Below are positions 1-14,500 of a stretch of DNA of 64,000 nt, piece by piece. The stretch comes from Mytilus californianus. Lineage: Eukaryota. The notes beneath the pieces were generated by a model. That model did no database searches. It had not been told where the DNA came from and worked only from the letters and a program-made list of their open reading frames with translations. Positions within the stretch are counted from its first letter, which is position 1. Each line of letters opens with the position of its first letter. The position numbers were made by a program, and so were the translations under genes. The DNA lies in the NCBI RefSeq assembly GCF_021869535.1, contig NW_026262581.1:2108001-2172000 (forward strand). Direction: 5' to 3'.

Positions 1-1552
1 TCAGAAACTTTATACCAATAATCCAAGTCCAAATTCAAAAAGGTATTTTGATATATATATATATATATTTCACAAATACAAATTTTGTTTTATAGTGTAT
101 ATTTTGCATTTAAATGTGATAATATCCAAACTAATATTGTGTCGAATATACATCAATATTTGGCACAATACAATCACAATTCTTTACCGTCACCTATTTA
201 ATTCCCTTTTGAAATTCAAGATTGAAAAAACCTTTCTTCTATCAATAAAGAAGCAATTTTGAAAAATATTATTTCTTATAATCATTTAAATGTAATTCAT
301 TGATATAACAGCAAATGTTTAAAGCTGATCAAAGCTTGTATAAAATCACTTTTTTAAATATAAAAATAAGAAAATAGGGTATGATTGCCGTAGAGACAAC
401 TACCCATCAGAGAACAAAATGACGTTTTAATGTGAAAGAATTTCACATCAATTTTAGTCCTTTCTAATTTTAATGATAAATAGTGATTAATTACCTTGTG
501 TATAATCACCAAATTTCTGTTATCATTTTGTATCCTCATATTTAAAATTGTAATGCACAATAAAATGTTCAACAAAAGTACTTTTTCTTACACATGAAAT
601 TGGAAACAAAGTTCACCTATTTATTCACTGTACATTCTAAAGGAAAGTCACCAGAGTTAATAAAGTAATTGTTGAAGAGAATCACTTTCAAAAAGATTTA
701 TACCTTCATATTTCTACCAGGTTATCAATAGTTTTAAATGAATATCCCTATAGGTGATGCATTCATACTCATATTGACTGTAAAGTTTAAAAGTGAAACG
801 CATCAAAACCTCATTCAGAAACAAATTTCACGCCTTCTTGAAATTAAAATACAAGCTGACTATAATTTTTCCTATTCTAACTTATACAAATCCAGACACA
901 TGCTTAACAATCCTGTTCTCTCTGAATTTTTAACTCGAAAACAAGACTCAAGTATATGTAAATATTCGAATTTATTAAATTTTCAGTATGGAGAAATTTA
1001 ATATGTCGTTGAACTGTAAATTAAACTGAAGCAAAGGTGATTACTTCAAAAGAGCAAACAAAATCTATTTTAAGTAAAATCATACCTGTGTTTTCATGTC
1101 TCTTTGAACACACCCATAAATATATAACGCTGCATATTAGTATAAATATGCAATGCATACCAAATTAGCATGTAATCATACAACCTTGTTATTCTCAAAA
1201 CCATACTGCATTTTGGAACATTAAGTTCATTTATAATCGGAAATTGGATCAAAATTGTAACACAGGAAATGTAGAATGTATAATCATTAAATTTTTATTA
1301 ATAACTGAAATATTTAAACTACTATCATTTTAACGATTTTCCGACAAAAAAATTCTTGAAATGTTTAAAATGCAAACGTTACGGTTTTATTAATAAAAGA
1401 AGGGGTATATGTTTATGAGACAACAAACAAACAAAACAAACTAAAAGACATAAGGTCCTCACCAAGGAAAAGTGTCTAGTATGCAATAAATGTATGCCAA
1501 GCTCAAACGATTTAGACCTAATGCATTTAGAATTTTGATTTCAATGGAAAGT

Positions 1553-1814
1553 CTTTGGTGGTCTCTGCTAAATTTATTTTCGTAACATTTGTTTTATTTC
1601 ATGATTTGAACGATTCTTGGGAGTTTCTTTTGCAAAAAAGATATTCAAGGAGCAGTATTTTTATTTTTCCTCTTTTTTTTCAGTACATCTAGCAAATTCG
1701 ATTGATGTCCGAACATTGGTTAATATAGTTATCGTATTAAATGTAATAACGAAGTCGTTAGGTCTAAATCATCCTTGGACATATTATGAATAAATTTAGC
1801 AGAGACCACCAAAG
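1553..1814. mobile_element. MITE-like element with 26-bp inverted repeats
   Basis: ctttggtggtctctgctaaatttatt (1553-1578) is the exact reverse complement of aataaatttagcagagaccaccaaag (1789-1814). Confidence 0.6.
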
Positions 1815-4590
1815 ATCCTACATTAACACCATATTCCCTGAAAAGTATAACCAGAATTCTGAATTATTGTTACCCTATTTTTAATAAAATTTTATATAGA
1901 TAAATATATATATATATAAACGTCAGCAGGGTATAAGAACATTCGTTGTTCGACCTGTTAGTCAAATGCGTTTTGTTAAAATATACTTTTTCACTCTTTT
2001 GGTCTTTTGGAAAATGTTGTTTGAGCTGTATTTAGACCCCTCTGACAAGAAATTTGTTTTACATGCACACGTATAAAAATCGCGGTTTTTATCCAACGCA
2101 ATCATAGGTTTGAACGTTGTTTTCAATTTAGACTTGTTTAAAAACGTATCATGATATATTTGCTATCTTATTCAATGGTGGAACGGTTAATTTTGCTCAT
2201 ACTCTAAAATTTTATGATAGATAGATTAGTTGTAACTTGTGTAATATCTTAGATCTAAGGTTAAGCAATGGAATACGAGACACGAAATCCAATTTAATAT
2301 AGCTATATTAAAATGGCGAAATATTTTTTTGTTTTAAATCTTAATTCCCGACATAATAATACTACCATTATTAATTTGCAATTAAAAGATAAACCAAATT
2401 GTTGTTATTTTGAGAATTACATAAGTTGCGTTTTTACCTGTATAATATACGTTAAAATCTTAAAAAGGTGAGGTATAAATCCGCGAAAAACTAGCAAATT
2501 CGAAACATTGAATAATGCTTATCGTTTTAAATGTACTGTTGAAATAAATCTACCAAGTAAAGATGCTCTGTGAAAGAAAAGAAAAAAAATCCTGCTCCTA
2601 TAAGATTTCAAAGATTATAAAAAATTAGTTTGTATACTCAGCTACAAAAAGATAAGGTAATATTTTATTAAAAATTTTGCAAAGAGACCACCCCCCCCCC
2701 CCCCCCCCTTTTCCACTGTTTTTATACATGGCAAGGTCGTGAAGTCACTAAATTGACATACATTTCCCGTTGTAAATCTGTTAACTTTTACAGAAATCTT
2801 CGCTGAAACCGTTTGGTCAATGAATCCCAATCTTTGCTGGGGTGTTAAGAATCAAATTTATGCAAAGTTCACGAATACTAAACATCATAGAATATAAAAT
2901 AAAACAAAGCAGACAATGATAATCTACTGAAAAATCCTGTAAAGGGGTAACTTCCTCAAACTTTTGAGCGATCCTTCTTCAGAATTATCCGTGACAAAAA
3001 ACACCGCAACCACCACTAACAAGCTATGATATAAACATCAAAAATGCATAAGGGGAACCAAAGCCGCAAAACTTGACCTTGTGATAATCTGTTTAAATTC
3101 AAATTGTTGATCCACAACCGCAATCAAATATGACACGCACCGTTGCAGAAAACAGAAAATGTGGGTATAATAGTCGGCAAAAATTTCCGACTAAGATTGA
3201 TTAATTGATTGATTGTTGGTTCCTTAACGTCCAGTGGCAAATATTTCATGCATGATCAGGACGATCGACCGACTTAGATTGAATTTATATTATTGTATCA
3301 AAGTATCTTTTCAAGGCTTTTGTTTATTTGTTCTTAACACAATTACAATGTTTCTTATTTCCAGAGTCTCGTTGCTTGTTAGTCTTTAACTTGTATTACG
3401 CTCAACAACAACTATTGTTGCCGTCTGTCCGTCCCGTCCCCTCTTTGTACTTGATCTTTACCTACTTTTATGGCTAACATTTTTTTATTTTAGAAAATGT
3501 TTAATGCTGCACATATTGAAGAATTGCATGTTATTATTCAGATTTTCTTCATCGATGTAACAGAATGATGGGGAGTAAAAAATACATGTGTATGTTTTAG
3601 CTGAATGTTTTTATTTGGTAGAATTTATACACATACTGAAGCTGTTTAAGTTTTAGGAATTGGAACTTTGTTTTTTTTCTTCACAAAATGGCGGATAGTT
3701 GAACTAGTCAATTTTTGTTCAATTCTAAGTATATAAACTAACCTCATTTAACAGGTTTTTATTTTATGGATGATTCACACACTGAAGGTATGCATGTTAT
3801 CGGGGTTTTTATTTTAGTGAAAGATTTGAAAAAGGGTACAGATTATTTGTACATATACTAAAGGCATGAATTTTATCAGAATTATAATTTTCTTTGATTG
3901 TTAATTTTTATCTCTCGGGTATAGATGAAGTTAGTTTTTGTTTATGTATAATTATGGTGCATTGTTTGTCCGTTCCACTCTTCCTACAATTTTCAAGCAA
4001 GATTTTGTTTTCTTCGTATAAATGTACACACTAATAATGTGCATGTTTTGATTGTGAATTGGTTACAGAACGAGAAGAATTTGAACTCGCTTAAATTGTT
4101 TGTGTAAAATTTGTCTTAATAGTTCATGCATGCCATTTTGGTGCATACTCCGTTCGGCAATTCCTACAGTTTTCAAGCTAAAATAATTCTATTTCAGACT
4201 GCTTGTATACAGTCTAATTGTCAAGATGATTTTATGTTGAAATATACCTGTTTTAGTCCAGAGTCAACCTATCACTGATACAGAATACTTTTAGGGTAAT
4301 AACGAATACTGCTACTCGTTAAAATCGTGTGTCCAAAGTCTTTGATGGTGCACTTTTTTTTATTCTTCATTAAAAAAAGGTATATGACATAATAAGGTGA
4401 CAATGGAAAAACAATACAGGAAAACAAGTTCACGAATGGGTAAATATGTTATGACGTACGACGGTCAACCGACGACAATCAATAGTAATATTTGTGGTAG
4501 GTTAGCGAATCGGTAGATTCAAAGAGAGATAACTGATTTTCAATGTTATTTTAAAATATTTGATTTCTTGGAGCGTTTTATACTATTAAA

Positions 4591-5525
4591 AACTAGAGGC
4601 TCTGTGTCGATCACCTTGGTCTCTGTGCATATTCAACAAAGGACACTCTTCAACATTGTAGACGAAAATAGAATTCATGACAAAAATCTCTGTTTTATTG
4701 ATCTTGTATTGCTGATCATTTAGTCTGTTAAGTTTCTCTCTATCTTCTTTAGTTTTTGCTCAAAAGACAAAAGAGGGTAAACAAAATCCTCATTTAAGGG
4801 CAATCACTCATATACAGAGTAGCAGTCTACTAACTATATAGCCGAAGGTTGACCTGTTAGTAGATCTTGCCTTGCTGATCATTTTTGTGATTTAAAGTGT
4901 CTATTTATCTATTATAATTTTTATCATATAAGGCAAAACGCAAAAAAAAATTGTCATTAAAGGGCAATAACTCCAATACGGAGTCATCGGACGATTTCCA
5001 CCATATTGTTTTAATTGTAGATCTTGTCTTGTTGATCGTTTTTGCTTATTTAAGTTTCTATCCATCTATTATAATTTTTAAGATATAAGACAAAAACGCA
5101 AAAAATTGGTAAAAATCGTCATCAAAGGGTCATAAATATAATGAGTCGACTGACGATTTCGAACATGAGACTTATTTATAGAGCTTGTCTTGCTGATCAT
5201 TTTTGCAATTTAAAGTTTCTCTCTATCTATTATAGATTTCAAGATATGAGGGCAAAAATGAAAAAAAATGGTAAAATTTAAGGACGATAACTCGTAGACC
5301 TGATAGTTTTGACGAATATGGACAATTGGTAGAGCTCAACATTCTGAATATTTCCGTCCCTGTAAGATTTTCTCTATTTATAACGGTTTTCAAAATAATA
5401 GACAAAACTTGCATTTTATCCCTATGTTCTATTCTTAACTATGTTGGCCATCTTGGATGGCAGGCAGGGACATCGGACACATTTTTTAAACTAAATACCC
5501 CAATGATGATTGTGGCAAAGAAACA
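4591..5525 (+). mobile_element. HINE-like non-autonomous element (AACTAGAGGCTC head) with ~160-bp internal repeats, 3'-truncated
   Basis: Head shared with 23696. The motif gatcttgt(a/c)ttgctgatc is repeated four times at about 160-bp spacing. Confidence 0.6.
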
Positions 5526-6124
5526 TCGCTAATGAATTATTCACTTGCAAGTGAATGATTCGACCTCATTAAATCCGTATTGATGTGAACTTCAATTGAA
5601 ACCCTTAGCTAGAGATGGATTACGCATGAACTAGGCGAGTTCAGCTATTAAAAAGAAAAGAATGTCAACATTGGAATTGAAACAAGGGTAAACTATTTGG
5701 TTGACTGATTCGATCTACTAAAACTCATTTTTATACCGGTAAAAACGATTATTAACATATTTTTAAACCTATAATATGAATTCAAACAGACCTAGAAAAA
5801 TCCGATTGCACGAGTTCGCTATCTATTTATATCTATGTTTAAGTTTATATCGGGTTATATAACCGTCGACAGTCTCCGGAGGTCACCTCGATGGTTAATT
5901 AGATGGCGTCTAGACTAAAATACACACGAAATGCCGCTACATATTATCGAGTTCGTGCATCGTTAATTGTTTATTTTAGACTTTTTATTATTTGAATATA
6001 CATTTTAGTATGTTATAAATCAAATATGAGAATTTGAGTCAAATCGATGAACATGAATTTGATAGCTAATGACCCTTTTAACAGACGACAACGACGACGG
6101 ACCATCTTTTGGCCAGGTGAGCTA

Positions 6125-6370
6125 ATAAGGAGATGTGGCATGATTGCAAATGAAACAACTCTCCACCAGAGACCAAATAACATAGAAGTTAACAACTAGA
6201 TGTCACCATATGGCCTTCAACAATGAGAAAAACCTATACCGACTAGTAAGTAAGCTATAAATGACATAGAAATGACAAATGTAAAACAATTCAAACAAGA
6301 AAAGTAACGATCTAACTTATGTACAAAACAATAAACGAAAAACAAATATGATATACAGCAACCAACGACA
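6125..6370 (+). mobile_element. SINE-like interspersed repeat, 5' part
   Basis: Head ggagatgtggcatgattgcaaatgaaacaactctccaccagagacc. Homologous pieces occur at 380-425, 7628-7940 (minus), 48487-48683 and 63034-63082 (minus). Confidence 0.7.
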
Positions 6371-7627
6371 TGTCGCTTGATCATATAAAAAACAAATATA
6401 TTTGAAATTAAATTTAATTTTATTTAAGATGGTGTATCCCATTGGATCGGCTATGGTTGGTTAACTGCTACCTAAGGAAACTTCATTGCAACAAAAGAGA
6501 GTTGATCTCCTTATTTGAAGATCAGACGTATTTATCAGCGCCTGAAGATAGCCAAAAACGTCAATCTTGACAGATTTTGATAAATTTTGAGTATTTATCC
6601 CAAAAATGCATGTGAAGGACATCGTTATACAAAACCACAATTATGATGGTGAACTAAAGCTATGTATTGTCTTACGGGTACAAACTAATTTATTTTCGTT
6701 AGAGACATCCATCGTTTTTTTTTTTTTGTCAAAAACATGTATTTATGATTTTGTATCAATATGCCTTCATTTTATAGAAAGTTGAGATCTGATTTGTCTT
6801 CAGATAAAAAAAATATTTTATGTTGGTTCATGATGTCCTTTAAAGCAATTTTTTTCAAAACATATATTTCCGATATTGTTTGAAAATTATTTTCAAAAAC
6901 AATGTATAGAGAGATGAATAACATTTTGAATTTGTGGATATTTGTAAAGTTATTGTATATTATTTAAACTTTTATATTCCAAATCAGGTAGGTATTAACA
7001 ACTTCTGATCATGACCCTTTGAGTGAAAGAAATTCTGGGGAGTATAGTCTCACCTCTTTCTGAAATGTGGAAAGATATTGTTGCTAAAAGATCGATTGTT
7101 GCTTGACAGAGCCAAATTTACTATTCAAGAGATGAACAGATCTAGAATATAAATCATAAACTCTTACAAACTTACAATTTTTAATGAAATTTCAACAACT
7201 GACAAATTTCATGCAGTTATGCATAAGGAGGGGTGATGACAATGTGTTTAAAGGGGTATAAGTCTGGATACAGTAAACCTCACAGAATTCATCAAAACAA
7301 AATCAATGCTTCAGCCAGCCAATTTGACTAGATCACAAAAAGCATCATATAAATACATGTAAATTAATTTTTACAATGAATCAATTCATTGCAAATATTG
7401 GATCCAAAGCAGTTTAAGAAGCTCTCTATTGGTGTATTGAAAGGATATAACTGCATGTGAATTGTTTAAAAGGTCTACTTTAAGATCTTATTCTAGCAGA
7501 ATTTCGTTATTCAAATGAAGCATAATCAATACTTAGGTAAACTAGTAAATGTGAACTGATCACAACTTTGGATGTGCCATTGAACGTTAAACACACAATT
7601 GTATTGATCTGATAAGTTTTAAAGCAC

Positions 7628-7940
7628 TTTTCAACTGATTTTTATGGTTTGTTCTTATGTTGTACTGTTACACCACTGTCCCAGTATAGGGGAGGGCTGG
7701 CGCCTTCAAACTTGATTAAACCTGCCACATTCTATATGTGTCTGTCCCAAGTCCGGAGCCTATAGTTCAGTGGCTGTCGTTGGCACATGTCTGTAATTTA
7801 TTTTTCGTAAATTGTTTCGTTATGAATTGTTTCATATTTTTCATGTCAAGGCCTTTTAAAGCAGATTATATTGTATTCGGTTTTTTTTTCATTATTGAAG
7901 GCCGTACGGTTGCCTATAATTTCTACATTCATAGGTCATT
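7628..7940 (-). mobile_element. SINE-like interspersed repeat, reverse orientation
   Basis: ttgaaggccgtacggttgcctata is the reverse-complement homolog of 6200-6222. The gtcccaagtccggagcc block is homologous to 49853-49870. Confidence 0.7.
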
Positions 7941-8025
7941 AATGACAATAGGGATTTCAGCTGACAAATATGGTGTGTTCATAATGAAAATCTGGATTTC
8001 ATAAGGACAAATATATGTTTATGTT

Positions 8026-8150
8026 CAGTGGCGGATCCAGGGAGGGGGGGGGGGGGGGGGGGGGGGTTCCGGGGGTTGGAACCCCCCCTTTTTTTTAATG
8101 GGGACATATAGTGGGAACCCCTCTTTTAAAAATGGCTGCATCCGCCCCTG
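8026..8150. mobile_element. Short MITE (CAGTGGCGGATCCAG...CTGCATCCGCCCCTG TIRs) with poly-G tract, inserted in a satellite unit
   Basis: 15-bp imperfect terminal inverted repeats. It interrupts the unit atgtt^(ca)tggcttatta. Confidence 0.75.
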
Positions 8151-8306
8151 TGGCTTATTAAGGAAAACCAAAAATGCATCAGGACAAATATGGTCCATGT
8201 TTGTTCACAACTTTATAATGACAACCAAGATTGCACCAGAACAAATATGGTATGTTCATGGCTTGTTAATGACAACCATAAATGCATCAGGACAAATATG
8301 GTCCAT

Positions 8307-8504
8307 ATAGTTATCAAAGGTACCAGGATTATAATTTAATACGCTATACGCGCGTTTCGTCTACATAAGACTCATCAGTGACGCTCAGATCAAAATAGTT
8401 ATAAAGCCAAACAAGTACAAAGTTGAAGAGCATTGAGGACCAAAAATTCCAAAAAGTTGTGCCAAATACGGCTAAGGTAATCTATTCCTGGGATAAGAAA
8501 ATCC
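8307..8504 (-). mobile_element. Penelope-like/retrozyme-type terminal fragment carrying a minimal hammerhead ribozyme
   Basis: Non-satellite insert inside a 51-bp unit (ggtccat^...tccatg) that contains the hammerhead core on the minus strand. Confidence 0.65.
8343..8386 (-). ncRNA. Minimal type I hammerhead ribozyme motif
   Basis: Minus strand reads GAGCGUCA-CUGAUGA-GUC(uuaugua)GAC-GAAAC-GCGC-GUA-UAGCGU. It has the conserved CUGAUGA and GAAA boxes, a 3-bp stem II, a palindromic short stem III and an NUH (GUA) site. Stem I has one mismatch. Confidence 0.7.
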
Positions 8505-11500
8505 ATGTTTGTTCACAACTTAATAAGGACAAGCAAGATTGCACCATGACAAATCAAATATGTTCATAGCTTATTCATGACAACCAGTTACCAAATATTC
8601 ATCAGGACAAATATGGTATGTTCATGTCTTATTAATAAAAACTTAGTTCACACAAGGACAAATATGGTATATTCATGTCCTATTAATGACAACCAAAATT
8701 GCATCAGGACAAGTATGGTATGCCCATTGCTTATTATTGACAAGCAAGATCACACCAGGACAAATATGGTATTTTCAGAACTTATTAATGAGAACGAAGT
8801 GCACATCAGGACAAATATGATATGTTCAAAACTTATTAATGAGAATCAAGAGCACATCAGGACAAATATGGTATGTTCAAAACTTATTAATGAGAACAAA
8901 GAGCACATCAGGACAAATATGATATGTTCATGTCTTATTAATGACAACTAAGTTCACACAAGGACAATTATGGTTTTGTTCATGTCTTATGAATGACAAC
9001 TAATATTGCATCAAGACAAATATGGTATGTTCATGGCTTATCAATGACAACCAAGATTACTCCAGTACAAGTATGGTATGTTCATGTCTTATGAATGACA
9101 ACAAAAATTGCGTCAGGACAAATATGGAATGTTCATGGCTTGTGAATGACAACCAAAATTGCATCAGGACAAGTATGGTATGTTCATGGCTTATTAATGA
9201 CAACTAAGTTCACACAAGGACAAATATGGTATGTTCATGTCTTATGAATGACAACTAATATTGCATCAAGACAAATATGGTATGTTCATGGCTTATCAAT
9301 GACAACCAAGATAACTCCAGTACAAGTATGGTATGTTCATGTCTTATGAATGACAACCAAAATTGCATCAGGACAAGTATGGTAGGTTCATGGCTTATTA
9401 ATGACAAGCAAGATCACACCAGGACAAATAAGGTATTTTCAGAACTTATTAATGAGATCAAAGAGCACATCAGGACAAATATGATATGTTCAAAACTTAT
9501 TAATGAGAACAAAGAGCACATAAGGACAAATATGGTATGTTAATGTCTTAAATGACAACTAAGTTCACACAAGGACAAATATGGTATGTTCATGTCTAAA
9601 GAATGACAACCAAAATTGCAGCAGGACAAATATGGTATGTTCATGACTTATTAATGACTACCAAAATTGCATCAGGACAAGTATGGAATGTTCAGGGCTT
9701 ATTAATCACAACCAAGATTACACCAGGACAAGTATGGTATGTTCAGAACTTATCAATGACAACCAAGATCACATCAGGACAAATATGATCTGTTCAGAAC
9801 TTATTAATGACAACAAAGATCACACCATGAAAAATATGGTATGTTCAGAACTTATCAATGACAACCAAGAGCACATCAGGATAAATATGATATGTTCAGA
9901 ACTTATTAATGACAACCAAGATCACACCTTGACAAATACGGTATTTTAATGGCTTACTAATGACAACCAAGATCACACCAGGACAAGTATGGTATGTTCT
10001 GAACTTATTAATGAGAACCAAGAGCACAACATGACAAATATAATATGTTTAAGAACTTATTAATGACAACCAAGATCTCACCAGGGCAAATATGGTATGT
10101 TTCTGTCTTATTAAGGACAACCAAGATTACACCAGGACAAGTATGGTTTGTTCAAGAACTTATTAATGAAAACCAGGATCACATCAGGACAACTATGATA
10201 TGTTCAGAACTTATTAATGACAACCAAGATCACACCAGGACAAATATGATATGTTTAAAACTTATTAATGAGAATCAAGAGCACATCAGGACAAATATGG
10301 TATGTTCCAAACTTATTAATGAGAACAAAGAACACATCAGGACAAATATGGTTTGTTCATGTCTTATTAATGACAACTAAGTTCACACAAGGACAAATAT
10401 GGTATGTTCATGTCTTATGAATGACAACGGATATTGCATCAGGACAAATATGGTAGTTTCATGGCTTATCAATGACAACCAAGATTACTCCAGGACAAGT
10501 ATGGTATGTTCATGTCTTATGAATGACAACCAAAATTGCGTCAGGACAAATATGGAATGTTCATGGCTTATGAATGACAACCAAAATTGCATCAGGACAA
10601 GTATGGTAGGTTCATGGCTTATTTATGACAAGCAAGATCACACCAGGACAAATATGCTATTTTCAGAACTTATTAATTAGATCAAAGAGCACATCAGGAC
10701 AAATATGATATGTTCAAAACTTATTAATGAGAACAAAGAGCACATTAGGACAAATATGGTATGTTCATGTATTATTAATGACAACTAAGTTCACACAAGG
10801 ACAAATATGGTATGTGCATGTCTTATGAATGACAACCAAAATTGCATCAGGACAAATATGGTATGTTCATGGCTTATTAATGACAACCAAAATTGTATCA
10901 GGACAAGTATGGTTTGTTCATGGCTTATTAATGAGATCAAAGAGCACATCAGGACAAATATGATATGTTCAAAACTTATTAATGAGAACAAAGAGCACAT
11001 TAGGACAAATATGGTATGTTCATGTCTTATTAATGACAACAAAGTTCACACAAAAACAAATATGGTATGTTCATGTCTTAAGAATGACAACCAAAATTGC
11101 ATCAGGACACATATGGTATGTTCATGGCTTATTAATGACAACCAAGATTACACCAGGACAAGTATGGTATGTTCAGAACTTATCAATGACAACCAAGATC
11201 ACATCAGGACAAATATGATATGTTCAGAACTTATAAATGACAACCAAGATCACACAAGGACAAATATGGTATGTTAATGGCTTATTAATGACAACCAAGA
11301 TTACACCAGGACAAGTATGGTATGTTCAGAACTTATCAATGACAACCAAGATCACATCAGAACAAATATGATATGTTCAAGAACTTATTAATGAAAACCA
11401 GGATCACATCAGGACAACTATATAATCAGAACTTATTAATGACAACCAAGATCACACCAGGACAAATATGATATGTTCAAAACTTATTAATGAGAATCAA

Positions 11501-14500
11501 GAGCACATCAGGACAAATATTGTATGTTCATGTCTTATTAATGACAACTAAGTTCACACAAGGACAAATATGGTATGTTCATGTCTTATGAATGACAACT
11601 TATATTGCATCAAGACAAATATGGTATATTCATGGCTTATCAATGACAACCAAGATTACTCCAGGACAAGTATGGTATGTTCAAGTCTTATGAATGACAA
11701 CCAAAATTGCGTCAGGACAAATATGAAATGTTCATGGCTTATGAATGACAACCAAAATTGCATCAGGACATGTATGGCATGTTCATGGATTATTCATGAC
11801 AAGCAAGATCACACCAGGACAAATATGGTATTTTCAGATCTTATTAATGAGATCAAAGAGCACATCAGGACAAATATGGTATGTTCATGTCTTATTAATG
11901 ACAACCAAGTTCACACAAGGACAAATATGGTATTGTCAGAACTTATTTATAAGATCGAATAGCACATCAGGACAAATATGATATGTTCAAAACTTATTAA
12001 TGAGAACAAAGAGCACATCAGGACAAGTATGGTATGTTCATGTCTTATGAATGACAACCAAAATTGCATCAGGACAAATATGGTATGTTCAAGAACTTAT
12101 TAATGAAAACCAGGATCACATCAGGACAACTATATAATCAGAACTTATTAATGACAACCAACATCACACCAGGACAAATATGATATGTTCAAAACTTATT
12201 AATGAGAATCAAGAGCACATCAGGACAAATATTGTATGTTCATGTCTTATTAATGACAACTAAGTTCACACAAGGACAAATATTGTATGTTCATGTCTTA
12301 TGAATGACAACTAATATTGCATCAAGACAAATATGGTATATTCATGGCTTATCAATGACAACCAAGATTACTCCAGGACAAGTATTGTATGTTCAAGTCT
12401 TATGAATGACAACCAAAATTGCGTCAGGACAAATATGAAATGTTCATGGCTTATGAATGACAACCAAAATTGCATCAGGACATGTATGGCATGTTCATGG
12501 ATTATTCATGACAAGCAAGATCACACCAGGACAAATATGGTATTTTCAGATCTTATTAATGAGATCAAAGAGCACATCAGGACAAATATGGTATGTTCAT
12601 GTCTTATTAATGACAACAAAGTTCACAAAAGGACAAATATGGTATTGTCAGAACTTATTTATCAGATCGAATAGCACATCAGGACAAATATGATATGTTC
12701 AAAACTTATTAATGAGAACAAAGAGCACATCAGGATAAGTATGGTATGTTCATGTCTTATGAATGACAACCAAAATTGCATCAGGACAAGTATGGTATGT
12801 TCAATGACAACCAAGATCACATCAGGACAAATATGATCTGTTCAGAACTTATTATGACAACAAAGATCACACCACGAAAAAAATGGTATGTTCAGAACTT
12901 ATCAATGACAACCAAGAGCACATCAGGACAAATATGATATGTTCAGAACTTATTGACAACCAAGATTACACCATGACAAATACGGTATGTTCATGGCTTA
13001 CTAATGACAACCAAGATCACACCAGGACAAGTATGGTATGTTCTGAACTTATTAATGAGAAGCAAGAGCACAACATGACAAATATAATATGTTTAAGAAC
13101 TTATTAATGACAACCAATATCAAATCAGGACAAATATGATATGTCCAGAACTTATAAATGACAACCAAGATCAAACCAGGACAGATATGGTATGTTTATG
13201 GCTTATTAATGACAACCACGATTACACCAGGACAAGTATGGTATGTTCAGAACTTATTAATGACAATCAAGATCACATCAGAACAAATATGATATGTTCA
13301 ATAACTTATTAATGAAAACCAAGTTCACATCAGGACAACTAAGTATGATATGTTCAGAACTTATTAATGACAACCAAGATCAGACCAGGACAAATATGAT
13401 ATGTTCAAAACTTATTAATGAGAATCAAGAGCACATCAGAACAAATATGATATGTTCAGAACTTATAAATGACATCCAAGATCACACAAGGGCAAATATG
13501 GTATGTTTATGGCTTATTAATGACAACCAAGATTACTCCGGGACACGTATGGTATGTTCAGAACTTATCAATGACAACCAATATAATCAGAACTTATTAA
13601 TGACAACCAAGATCACACCAGGACAAATATGATATGTTCAAAACTTATTAATGAGAATCAAGAGCACATCAGGACAAATATTGTATGTTCATGTCTTATT
13701 AATGACAACTAAGTTCACACAAGGACAAATATGGTATGTTCATGTCTTATTAATGACAACTAAGTTCACACAAAAACAAATATGGTATGCTCATGTGTTA
13801 AAAATGACAACCAAAATTGCATCAGGACAAATATGGTATGTTCATGGCTTATTAATGACAACCAAGATTACACCAGGACAAGTAAGGTATGTTCAGAACT
13901 TATCAATGACAACCAAGATCACATCAGGACAAACATGATATGTTCAGAACTTATAAATGACAACGAAGATCACACAAGGACAAATATGGTATGTTAATGG
14001 CTTATTAATGACAACCAAAATTACACCAGGACAAGTATGGTATGTTCTGAACTTATTAACGAGAACCAAGAGCACAACATGACAAATATAATATGTTTAA
14101 GAACTTGTTAATGACAACCAAAATCACATCAGGACAAATATGATATGTTCAGAACTTATGACAACCAAGATCACACAAGGGCATATATGGTATGTTTATG
14201 GCTTATTAATGACAACCAAGATTACACCAGGACAAGTATGGTATGTTCAGAACTTATCAATGACAACCAAGATCACATCAGAACAAATATGATATGCTCA
14301 AGAACTTATTAATGAAAACCAGGATCACATCAGGACAACTAAGTATGATATGTTCAGAACTTATTAATGACAACCAAGATCAGACCAGGACAAATATGAT
14401 ATGTTCAAAACTTATTAATGAGAATCAAGAGCACATCAGGACAAATATGATATGTTCAGAACTTATAAATGACAACCAAGATCACATCAGGACAAATATG

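Noticed and set aside
6466-6482. RFX X-box-like gctacctaaggaaac, suggesting the promoter of another ciliary gene
   Set aside because: Imperfect spacing, and no downstream exon structure could be assembled.
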